From IMG/VR virus record IMGVR_UViG_3300029305_003178, positions 128,001 through 192,000 of that record: a DNA stretch of 64,000 nucleotides; one strand, given 5' to 3'. A program made the position numbers and the translations under genes. Each line of letters opens with the position of its first letter. Position 1 is the stretch's first letter. This stretch comes from a virus. Its lineage: Duplodnaviria > Caudoviricetes. Positions 39,331 through 48,159 of this stretch are shown here, one piece after another. Below the pieces are notes generated by a model. That model was given only the letters and a program-made list of their open reading frames with translations. It was not told the DNA's origin and did not search any database.

Positions 39331-40953
39331 TTATACTAATATAGTTTTCAGTAATTGTTTTACTCCCACTATAGTAGATTTTGGAATATCGATAATTTTT
39401 TTATCAAATTTATTTTTAACATAGTAATCAGTAAAGTCAAAATCTTTTTCTACTGATTGTAATTTTTTGAGATATGTCTTAAAATCATTCATGGCGAAGG
39501 CCCTTGCTTTAATAACCTCAGGATCCTTTTCCTTAAACCTCTTATCTCTTTCAATCACTCCTATTAATGTAAATGCAAATGCGAGATTAGTCTTCACTCC
39601 TTCATAGTTTTTATTTTTCCAATTTTCTACAAGAAGTTTATGATTTTGACTATATTCGTCCATATATGATTGTTTCGGAGAGATTGAAATTTTAACATTA
39701 CCATCCTCATCTACAGAAAATCCTTCTTTAATAGATCTAATAGTATCTGTTAATAAATTATTTGTAATACTCTTAGCGTTAAATGTAATAGTTTTAATAT
39801 CAAACTTAGTATCAGATAAAATACCAGAGAAATAATCTTCCAATGATTCATCTATTTTAACAAGTTTGACATTACTTTCTGTAACACCAAGTAAATATGT
39901 AGAACCATCTTTTCTATCGGTTGCAATATAAACGGATTGTCCATTTATATCATTTGCTTCTCTAACACTTTCTATAGAATTAATATTCTCAAATTTAAAA
40001 ATATCTGTTTTATTTAAATTTGTGAAATTAATATTATTTTTATTTGTCCATGATTCTAATCTAGACAAATCTATTACAGGTACACCTCCATTTCTATTGT
40101 TATGTGTATCTATAATATATATTTCATTTTCAATTCGATCTTTTGCTGTTTGTTTTGTATATTCCATAAAAGATTCTAATTTATATTTATCAGCAACTTT
40201 TAAATATGATTCTAAAGTATTAGTAGCTATATGTCTATCCATAATATAATCAGGTCTATTTGATTTATATTTTCTATTAATAGTGCTTTCTAATAAGCTA
40301 TCATGGTTAAGCTCTTCTAATATTTTAGAACCTTCAAAAGAATCATAAGATTCTACTATGGAATCTGTAAATGCTAATAATATATCAAATTCATATGATG
40401 ACTCATTTAAAGTATTATTTTCATAATCTTTATAATATCCATATGATCTAATTTGTGCATCGGTAATATTATTAATATAGTCTATAGCCATATCACGTTC
40501 AGCACAATCACATTTAAGCAATTGCTGTATTGCTTTATGACATTCCATCTGAAGTTTATTGATTGGATCAACATTATCAAAATTCTTATCTATAAATACT
40601 ATCTTTCTAACATTTCTAACATTTTCACTAATAACAGATCTACATTCAGGGCAATATATAGATAAATCCGTACGAATAATAGATTCCTTAACTGTAGACT
40701 TATTAACGTATTTATAGAATGGGTTATCTTCAGATACATTAACAGTCATATCAAATTCTTTTATTTTTTTATTTATATTATTTGCCAATTCAGCTCTATC
40801 TTTTTGAGGACAGAACTTAAAAAACTGAATGGCTTTTCTAACATGCTCTTCATCATTTAAAGGATATTTTTTCTGTGATGGTAAACCAAATTTTACATCA
40901 CTCATATTTCTACGATCCTTGGCAGAAAGTTTCTTTTCAAATATAATATCCAT
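39331..40953 (-). CDS. Late virion-associated protein with N-terminal DUF6582-like domain
   Basis: KLSAKDRRNMSDVKFGLPSQKKYPLNDEEHVRKAIQFF; many xxES motifs; late motif at 40984-40995. Confidence 0.55.
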   Translation of the reverse strand: MDIIFEKKLSAKDRRNMSDVKFGLPSQKKYPLNDEEHVRKAIQFFKFCPQKDRAELANNINKKIKEFDMTVNVSEDNPFYKYVNKSTVKESIIRTDLSIYCPECRSVISENVRNVRKIVFIDKNFDNVDPINKLQMECHKAIQQLLKCDCAERDMAIDYINNITDAQIRSYGYYKDYENNTLNESSYEFDILLAFTDSIVESYDSFEGSKILEELNHDSLLESTINRKYKSNRPDYIMDRHIATNTLESYLKVADKYKLESFMEYTKQTAKDRIENEIYIIDTHNNRNGGVPVIDLSRLESWTNKNNINFTNLNKTDIFKFENINSIESVREANDINGQSVYIATDRKDGSTYLLGVTESNVKLVKIDESLEDYFSGILSDTKFDIKTITFNAKSITNNLLTDTIRSIKEGFSVDEDGNVKISISPKQSYMDEYSQNHKLLVENWKNKNYEGVKTNLAFAFTLIGVIERDKRFKEKDPEVIKARAFAMNDFKTYLKKLQSVEKDFDFTDYYVKNKFDKKIIDIPKSTIVGVKQLLKTILV

Positions 40954-41052
40954 TAACCTTCACACCTTTCTATACTTATTGATTACCTAAATGTTGAATA
41001 TAGGATTTAATATAAAAAGTATTAATAACTAATTTTACACAAACAACTATTT

Positions 41053-41270
41053 AAGAAAATTAATACCTAATATTGGATATTACGGAAATACTTCTTTCAG
41101 CATTGCGCGCCTCAATAGCTATTTATTATGTTGATTTTCATACTAAATGCCAACAACCTGTAGCTGAATTCTACACCTCCAATAATTTACAGTTGATATA
41201 AAATATCCAGTGTGGACATATTAGGTATTTTTTCTTATATAATCCCTATGCCTATTTTGGCATAGGGATT
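41053..41270 (+). ncRNA. Candidate late structured RNA (rod-like, ~170-220 nt)
   Basis: Late motif AACAactattTA at 41042-41053; no ORF; nested stems 41062-73/41218-29, 41074-81/41202-09, 41096-101/41163-68, 41129-33/41151-55; terminator hairpin at 41241-41270. Confidence 0.55.
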
Positions 41271-41272
41271 TT

Positions 41273-41304
41273 CGTTTTTTAAATATTTTTCAATTATATA
41301 TTAT
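41273..41304 (+). promoter_or_regulatory. Putative early promoter
   Basis: CGTTTTTT...TATATATTAT (41295-41304). Confidence 0.6.
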
Positions 41305-41355
41305 TATTGTGTAATTAACATATAATATATCTTAACATCAAGGAGGGAAATTACA

Positions 41356-42588
41356 ATGAGTAGAAGACGTGATGAAATTATTAACAAGATCGATAGACGT
41401 AAAAGACTACGTTATATCAAGTATGCTGACGGGTATGAAGTATTGATTAAATATGACACTGAATTTAATAAACTTGAGTCTATTAATAGCAAAGGTCAGC
41501 TTCGTTTATTTCAAAATGATTATATACCCACATTATCAATGGATGACCTTATCAAAGGTAGGGAACTGAATGGTAGACCTATTGATAATACTAAAGAAGA
41601 ATGCAAATATGACCACAATGGTAATATCATTTATTTCTCCAATGGTGAGGGGTTTTGGTATAAATCTATCTACGATGATAATAAAAATGAGATTATGTAT
41701 GAAGATAGTAATGATAAATTAGTAATTCGCACATTCGATTCTAATAATAATTTAATTGAAGAGATTGCTGCATCTAGTAAAGATGTTAGTAAAATTTTTG
41801 ATCTATATATTAGTAAATTAACAAATGCTATCAATAAACTTCATCTCATGACTGATAATGTAGCAGATTATTTGATTAGTAAGTATGTCGATGAGGCAGA
41901 TATTAAAAAAGAGATCGTTAGTGGCCGTATGAGTATCGAAGATGTTATGAATACAAAATTCACCATTGAAGTTACAGAATATATCGGTGATATAAATAAT
42001 AATAATGAATATGATAGAGCATTAAGAAAAATTACTGTTAATCACTCAAATATTGAAAAAGAGATTAAAAGTTTATATATTGAAGAAATCAATGAGGCAG
42101 TAAAAATTTATTGTAAAGCAAATCATGAAAATAGAAATAATATTAGTGATTTAGCTTGTTCAATTGAAATCGCATTAGCTTTAATTAATCGCGATTTGAT
42201 TGACTATCTTATCGCACGTGGGTATTGCAAACAAAACTCCCATATTTATAAAAATTTGAATATTGATGAGGTATATAATTTTATAAGTCATAATGAAAAT
42301 TTAGATACTGATTTCATGTATATGTCTATTCTCAGAAATATGGTCGCATGTGCTATAAACTGGCACATTACCAACGACAATATCAATAATATCTATTCTA
42401 AACGTGGTGTCGTACAAACAATGCTACACACATTAAACTTCGCAGCATGTGAAATTCGTTCATTCACAATAGTGGATAAAGAGTTAAGAGAAAGATTTGA
42501 ATCTGGTAACGATGATGTAGATACAGACATGAATAATACGTCTATCAATTATCCATTCGACTACAATCCTTTTGATATAAACAAATAA
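41356..42588 (+). CDS. Early hypothetical protein with N-terminal YD-like repeats
   Basis: KYDHNGNIIYFSNGEGFW / YDDNKNEIMYEDSN / FDSNNNLIEE; AGGAGG RBS. Confidence 0.7.
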   Translation: MSRRRDEIINKIDRRKRLRYIKYADGYEVLIKYDTEFNKLESINSKGQLRLFQNDYIPTLSMDDLIKGRELNGRPIDNTKEECKYDHNGNIIYFSNGEGFWYKSIYDDNKNEIMYEDSNDKLVIRTFDSNNNLIEEIAASSKDVSKIFDLYISKLTNAINKLHLMTDNVADYLISKYVDEADIKKEIVSGRMSIEDVMNTKFTIEVTEYIGDINNNNEYDRALRKITVNHSNIEKEIKSLYIEEINEAVKIYCKANHENRNNISDLACSIEIALALINRDLIDYLIARGYCKQNSHIYKNLNIDEVYNFISHNENLDTDFMYMSILRNMVACAINWHITNDNINNIYSKRGVVQTMLHTLNFAACEIRSFTIVDKELRERFESGNDDVDTDMNNTSINYPFDYNPFDINK

Positions 42589-42683
42589 AAGTATAAGAAA
42601 AGATGCCTCATTGAGGCATCTTTTTTTTCTTATAATTTTATATAAGACAATATTATAAATTATAAGAAATGAGGTGAATTGTT

Positions 42684-43676
42684 TTGAAATCTGATGTAAA
42701 TAGATTTGAACGAGGTCAAATCTGGGTATATGACGATCATAAAGACAAGAAAGATAAAAAAACATGTATGGCTGAAAAGGGTATTCTTATAGGACATAGA
42801 CCAGTATTAATAATGTCTGTCCGAGATAAATATATTACAGTCATTAAAGGTAGTCGTCGTAGAAAAATCGAAAAAGCACAGGTAGAATATAATGATGGTA
42901 CAGGAATTGGTATTTTTGATACTCTCCAGATGGAAGTATTAAATACTGAAACAGCTGATTTAACATATACGGCTAAAATTGAAAATTCCATACTTAAAGA
43001 AATCAATAATACAATTAATACTTGGCTATTCGACTATATAGATGATTACACTTCTAGAGGAACTTCAACCTATTTAAAAAGACAAGTTTGGGAATTCAAT
43101 GATAATGGATTTACAAAAACTGCAATTATTGTACATAGATTCAAAAGATCTGTAATATTAATTCCATTATCTAAAAATCAACATTTAGAAACTGATTATA
43201 AATTTGAATTACATACGGATACGATATATACTGATATATCATCTATACGTACAGTATCGACAGATCAACTGCATAGATATTGCTTTACAATATCTGAGGA
43301 GATATATTCATCTATATTAAATGAAACCAATGCTTATCTCCATGGTGAATCTAAACATATTCCATCTAAAGAACCAGAAAAACCAGTTCATAAAAAACGT
43401 GGTGGTAAAAAACATAGAGGTGGAGCGAAACATAGACACAAAAAGAAAAATTTAAATCATATTGATATTCCAGAGGTTGATGTACCTAGTGTAGAAGTAG
43501 ATGCAAAAAATATTAAAACTTACTGCCCAAAGGCATTTAAACATCTATCATTTAGTGATTTAGTAGATGAGTTTAAAACACACACATCAAAAGAATTAAG
43601 TACAAAATACAAAGTTTCTGGTTCAACGATCCGTCGTACAAAAGCGTATATAAAAGAAATGAATGAGAGTAAATAA
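42684..43676 (+). CDS. Tandem PemK/MazF-like domains plus basic linker and C-terminal HTH
   Basis: Domain 1 FERGQIW...GHRPVLIMS; domain 2 KRQVWEF..TAIIV..VILIPLS...DISSIRTVSTDQL; HTH TSKELSTKYKVSGSTIRR. Confidence 0.65.
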   Translation: MKSDVNRFERGQIWVYDDHKDKKDKKTCMAEKGILIGHRPVLIMSVRDKYITVIKGSRRRKIEKAQVEYNDGTGIGIFDTLQMEVLNTETADLTYTAKIENSILKEINNTINTWLFDYIDDYTSRGTSTYLKRQVWEFNDNGFTKTAIIVHRFKRSVILIPLSKNQHLETDYKFELHTDTIYTDISSIRTVSTDQLHRYCFTISEEIYSSILNETNAYLHGESKHIPSKEPEKPVHKKRGGKKHRGGAKHRHKKKNLNHIDIPEVDVPSVEVDAKNIKTYCPKAFKHLSFSDLVDEFKTHTSKELSTKYKVSGSTIRRTKAYIKEMNESK

Positions 43677-43714
43677 AAGAAAGGAATAGCCATTAGGCTA
43701 TTCCTTATTTTTTT

Positions 43715-45610
43715 TTATCTATTCTTAATTAATCTAATATTTCTTTCGACTTTTCTATAATCATATTCATAGAAGTCTTCACCTTCATCAACTTTTTCAA
43801 CATCATCAAAATCATTAAAATCTTGTGGTCTATACATAGAAGGTAATCTATCTAGTTTTTTACCAGCATTAATAATATCTGCTACAAATCTACTACAGAA
43901 ATATTTTCTTTCATTTTCTGACTGTAACCCAAAGAAATTTCTTATTAATGCAACTATGTCATATTTTAATTCTTCATCATGCTGTATAAAGAATTTTAAT
44001 CTGTCCTGCATTTTCTTCAATGATATCCTATCAACAAACATAACATATACTGCATACTTGGCTTTAAATTTAGTAAAGAAAGAACTCTTTGGTGAGTTAG
44101 CTACAAATCCTGTTTGTTTCATATCTAAATCTTTTCTACCAAATGAGTATAATGGTGTTAATTTAGTATTAAATGAAATACATGCATGAGAAAACTCATC
44201 ACCAGTAACTTTTTTAATAGCATTTGCAAGTAATGTACCAGAATGCATTAATACTATAAAAATAGGGAATTTATGTAATTTATCATAATTTGCTTCTTCA
44301 GTTACAATGTCCTCTGGTTCGATATAGTTTTCATTTAAGAAATCTATTAATGGTTTATAATCCATTAAAGACTCATATACATCAGTGTCATATTTTTCAA
44401 TCCATTTATAATTCCATCCATATAATTCTGCTGTATTATTACCGTATGTATATTTGTGTCCAGGTTTACCATCATCTCCAGTACATAATATTTTACCAAT
44501 ACATTTTAATTTAACTGGTTCCTTAACCCATACTTCCCCAGTAATTTTACAGTCTGGAACCTCTTTAACCGTAGGAGTATAAATATTTTTTGGGGTTTTT
44601 TCTGGTATATGAACATAAAATGTCTTACCTTTACAATTTTGAGATAGGGCCATAAGAGATTGATTTATAGATTTAGTAAAACATACTCTTTTTGTATTAT
44701 TATCTTCAAAGTTATTATTTATTAAAAAATTATTTGGTATTTTTGGTATTAATATTTTTTTATCCATATTACTTTGTGATATATGAATAAGTCTACCGAT
44801 GTCAGAATTACTTGATGATTCGTATAATGTTTCACATAACGATTCATTTAATGGTTTAAATTGTGATTTAATAATATCCTCTTTTCTATTAAGTAAGTAA
44901 TTAAAGAAATTATCATAATTTTTATCAACTATTTTAATATAATCAACATTTTTCTGTCGATTCATTACATTATCCTTTAACTGTTCTTTTTTTCTATCTC
45001 GTTCCATATGTTGATGTGTATTGGGATTAGTCCCACCATCTTTTACTTCAATCTCTAAATTTAATGAGGGAATATAAAAATCTGGTATATAGAATTTATC
45101 TTCTCCTTCAAATTTATAGTGATATGTATGTGGAGATGGAGACATAATATCATCAGCATCAAATCCCATAAATCTATCAAGCATTTTTAAGAAATCCAAT
45201 TCATATGATCCTGTATATGTTTTTTTACTCTTACCATCTGACCACTCATATATACCAGAGATTTTTCTATTGGCAAGCATTTTTCTCTGCTGGTCTGGAT
45301 CGTCTAATAATGTAGCTTTACCATATTTATTAACCATACGAGATTTAAACATTTCTCGATATTTTTCTTTACATTTAGGATTATTGCAAAATCTTTTATA
45401 TTTATTAGTACCACTATTCCATTCAGTATCTTTTTTACATATTACACAAGAACCATGTTCTCTACCAGTTCTTAAGAAGTAATAATATCTAGCGGCACTA
45501 TAACCTTCAGGAATTTCTTCCTCATGATCTTCTAATATATGATCATAAAGTCCTTCTAAAGAAGTTAATTTTTCTTTACAAATAGGACATGAAACTTTTT
45601 TATCAGTCAT
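43715..45610 (-). CDS. Late multidomain protein: Zn fingers plus TnsA-like PD-(D/E)xK nuclease, a middle ART-like domain, and a permuted papain-like (YiiX/C92) amidase
   Basis: CPIC..H...H and CVIC..C....C; YIPDFY...EIEVK; IHIS..RVCFT..GEVW; FSHACISF...YFCSRFVA; late motif at 45641-45652. Confidence 0.65.
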   Translation of the reverse strand: MTDKKVSCPICKEKLTSLEGLYDHILEDHEEEIPEGYSAARYYYFLRTGREHGSCVICKKDTEWNSGTNKYKRFCNNPKCKEKYREMFKSRMVNKYGKATLLDDPDQQRKMLANRKISGIYEWSDGKSKKTYTGSYELDFLKMLDRFMGFDADDIMSPSPHTYHYKFEGEDKFYIPDFYIPSLNLEIEVKDGGTNPNTHQHMERDRKKEQLKDNVMNRQKNVDYIKIVDKNYDNFFNYLLNRKEDIIKSQFKPLNESLCETLYESSSNSDIGRLIHISQSNMDKKILIPKIPNNFLINNNFEDNNTKRVCFTKSINQSLMALSQNCKGKTFYVHIPEKTPKNIYTPTVKEVPDCKITGEVWVKEPVKLKCIGKILCTGDDGKPGHKYTYGNNTAELYGWNYKWIEKYDTDVYESLMDYKPLIDFLNENYIEPEDIVTEEANYDKLHKFPIFIVLMHSGTLLANAIKKVTGDEFSHACISFNTKLTPLYSFGRKDLDMKQTGFVANSPKSSFFTKFKAKYAVYVMFVDRISLKKMQDRLKFFIQHDEELKYDIVALIRNFFGLQSENERKYFCSRFVADIINAGKKLDRLPSMYRPQDFNDFDDVEKVDEGEDFYEYDYRKVERNIRLIKNR

Positions 45611-45754
45611 TTTGAATTCCTCCTTTATGACTTTATCTATTAGTAGATTGTTTTTGTGGGATAAATAAATGATATTTTAAATATATATTATTTATATGAG
45701 TTCAAGTTACACAACACCCATCATATTTTATTTATTTAAGAGAGGAGATTTATT

Positions 45755-46378
45755 ATGAGCTTACTTAAAGAAACCACTTTTATTGATGAAGAACTTGGAG
45801 AAGTTGTCTATAACAACGACCCAAATAACACAAAAGGGAAAAAATTTTATTTTGATGAAACCGATACAATTAAAGATGATGTTGAAAATGAAACTTTATA
45901 CAGAATTATTGCCTGTAAAAAATTTAAAACTGCAAGTGGTCGCGAAATAACTCCTGGAACAAAAGGAGGATATATGTCTATTACATGCACATTAGGTCAC
46001 AATAAAAAATGTTGGATTGGGGATGAAGCAAGAGTATCCGGTCAATCTAAAATTAAAGGAAATGCAGAAATTTTCGGAAATGCTAAAGTAATCAGCGGCT
46101 GTACAATAAAAGATGATGTTAAAGTTTATGGAAATGCCGTAGTATTTTCTGGATGTGTATTGTCTGAAACCGTTAAAGTATATGGTAATGCTGAAGTATA
46201 TGACGATTCTGTTATCAGCGGAAATGTAGAAATTTATGATGATGCTAAAATATGTGAATGTCATATTTCTGGAAATATTGATATTAGTGACAGAATTAAA
46301 CTGATAGAATGTACGGTTAGTGGATATGGTGAATTACCAGGAGAAATTGTATTGGGTGATCCTGATTTTATCGACTAA
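45755..46378 (+). CDS. Early hexapeptide-repeat (left-handed beta-helix) protein
   Basis: LYRIIA..GTKGG..CWIGDEARVSG followed by VYGNAxV repeats; early motif at 45682-45691; terminator at 46390-46420. Confidence 0.75.
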   Translation: MSLLKETTFIDEELGEVVYNNDPNNTKGKKFYFDETDTIKDDVENETLYRIIACKKFKTASGREITPGTKGGYMSITCTLGHNKKCWIGDEARVSGQSKIKGNAEIFGNAKVISGCTIKDDVKVYGNAVVFSGCVLSETVKVYGNAEVYDDSVISGNVEIYDDAKICECHISGNIDISDRIKLIECTVSGYGELPGEIVLGDPDFID

Positions 46379-46534
46379 AAAAAAAATATAATGGTAGCAA
46401 AAATGCTACCATTTTTTTTTTGCGTTTTTCTAACTATCTCATGTATATATTATAACTACAGTATATTCGAAATAAGCTTATTATGGAGGTATTATGTTAT
46501 GAACATTATTATGGAATAATTTAAGCAATAACAA

Positions 46535-46774
46535 TTGAGTTGGGGGAAGTCATCGATGACATTCGAAAAAATATTGATAGCTGCAGAACCTGAATTGGGC
46601 GAATATGTTAAATATGAACCATTAGCAGATGAGCAAATCAACATTGATAATATTCGTAAAGAATTTGCAAATATTTATACGGCTATTGGTATAAGTATAA
46701 GTTTAGGTAGATCATATACACACTACAATGAAAGATTAATAAAATTAAAAGAAATGATGGTGCATATTGCATGA
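46535..46774 (+). CDS. Hypothetical protein (start probably ATG 46556)
   Basis: Downstream of early motif at 46444-46453; ATGA overlap with the next ORF. Confidence 0.55.
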   Translation: MSWGKSSMTFEKILIAAEPELGEYVKYEPLADEQINIDNIRKEFANIYTAIGISISLGRSYTHYNERLIKLKEMMVHIA

Positions 46775-47079
46775 ATCTTATTGAAAAAGGTTACTTATAT
46801 AAAATAAAATACAAAATTGATGAATTCATAGAATTACATCATAATAGTAAAGATATGACAGCAATTTTATATACAGCATTTTTAATTGAAAAGCTGTATA
46901 GAGAAAATCCTATGGATGACAGCTGTTGTACTAATGACACTATATTCAAAGCATCATTGTCTCTTAAAATATATAAAGTAGTACGAGAAACAGAAATAAA
47001 AATAACTGAAATATTCGGTGAGAATAAGCTAATAGAAACTTTATTAGCTAGTATATTTGAAGTAATTGATTTTGAATAA
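46771..47079 (+). CDS. Hypothetical protein
   Basis: 102 aa; followed by a bidirectional hairpin at ~47089-47126. Confidence 0.6.
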   Translation: MNLIEKGYLYKIKYKIDEFIELHHNSKDMTAILYTAFLIEKLYRENPMDDSCCTNDTIFKASLSLKIYKVVRETEIKITEIFGENKLIETLLASIFEVIDFE

Positions 47080-47130
47080 TGATAAAATTTAGAGGTAAGT
47101 AGATATCAATAATCTACTTACCTCTAATAA

Positions 47131-47478
47131 TTATTTTTTTCGCTCAATATTAAATACATTACTATTATTCCCTTTGATCATTGTGATTTTACAAATATGA
47201 TTATACATATCTAAATATTCACCATAAAAATGTAATTTCACAAAATCACTAATATCTGTTAAAGATACATTAGTATCTAACTCAACAGAGATATCATATG
47301 CTGTTACAGATACTTTATCTGTTCCGTATCGTGTATATAAATCGTTTATAATTTCGGAAAAAATTTCATTGACAATCGTTTCATTATTCTTACAAAAATT
47401 ATTTTTTTTCTTAATACTAGAAATTACTGTATTATCATTAATAATAGTAGCCATTGATACCATGCTCATCACCACCAA
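47131..47478 (-). CDS. Hypothetical protein
   Basis: About 110-aa ORF with a GACA-N6-TA variant motif upstream. Confidence 0.55.
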   Translation of the reverse strand: MVVMSMVSMATIINDNTVISSIKKKNNFCKNNETIVNEIFSEIINDLYTRYGTDKVSVTAYDISVELDTNVSLTDISDFVKLHFYGEYLDMYNHICKITMIKGNNSNVFNIERKK

Positions 47479-47525
47479 TCTTGTTATAAGTCTATATAAA
47501 TATATGTCTGCATAATAGTAATATT

Positions 47526-48149
47526 TTACATATTATTCCACTTCTCTACTTTTTTTCTATTATAATTAGAATCATATTCTGAAAAAAATTCTATACTTAT
47601 TTCCACTCTTGGTTTAGATGAATACTTTTTAATAGTTCTACCATCATATATTAATGAGTCATCTAATATAAAATGTTTTTGAACCATATCACTATATGTT
47701 TTACCAAGATTATCCCAATCTGGTTTACTTATATATGGAATTAGTTCTAATTCAGATAGAACCTTTTCAACTTTACTCATATTATTTGGAATAGGTGAAA
47801 AAGTTCTACATATAAATTTACAAGGAGTTACTATCTTAAAATCTATATCAGTACATTCTTCTATAAATATTCTAAATAACTCACCATAATCTATATTCTT
47901 TTTAACATAGAAAACTTTAGTGAATCTATTACTTCTAGCTCTAGGAGTAGCTTGAGGTAAAAAATAAAAGACAAAATCGATTTTATATGTTTTTATGCCT
48001 CGTATACGCTTAATACCTAGACGTATATTATCTAAATCTTTAGAATTTATTTTTAATTCCCTCATCAATGATAATATCCTAGTAGTGTACTCTTCTGGAA
48101 TACTACCATATAATGCTTCATATTCTTCAACTTTTTTATTTTTCTTCAT
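47526..48149 (-). CDS. rusA: RusA-family Holliday junction resolvase
   Basis: PQATPRAR, KPDWDNLGKTYSD, DDSLI, KKYSSKPRVEISI. Confidence 0.85.
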   Translation of the reverse strand: MKKNKKVEEYEALYGSIPEEYTTRILSLMRELKINSKDLDNIRLGIKRIRGIKTYKIDFVFYFLPQATPRARSNRFTKVFYVKKNIDYGELFRIFIEECTDIDFKIVTPCKFICRTFSPIPNNMSKVEKVLSELELIPYISKPDWDNLGKTYSDMVQKHFILDDSLIYDGRTIKKYSSKPRVEISIEFFSEYDSNYNRKKVEKWNNM

Positions 48150-48159
48150 AATATCACCA

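Noticed and set aside
44900-45610. Nuclease domain read as a homing endonuclease or transposase
   Set aside because: No intron context or terminal repeats; it has a late promoter and is fused to virion-type domains.
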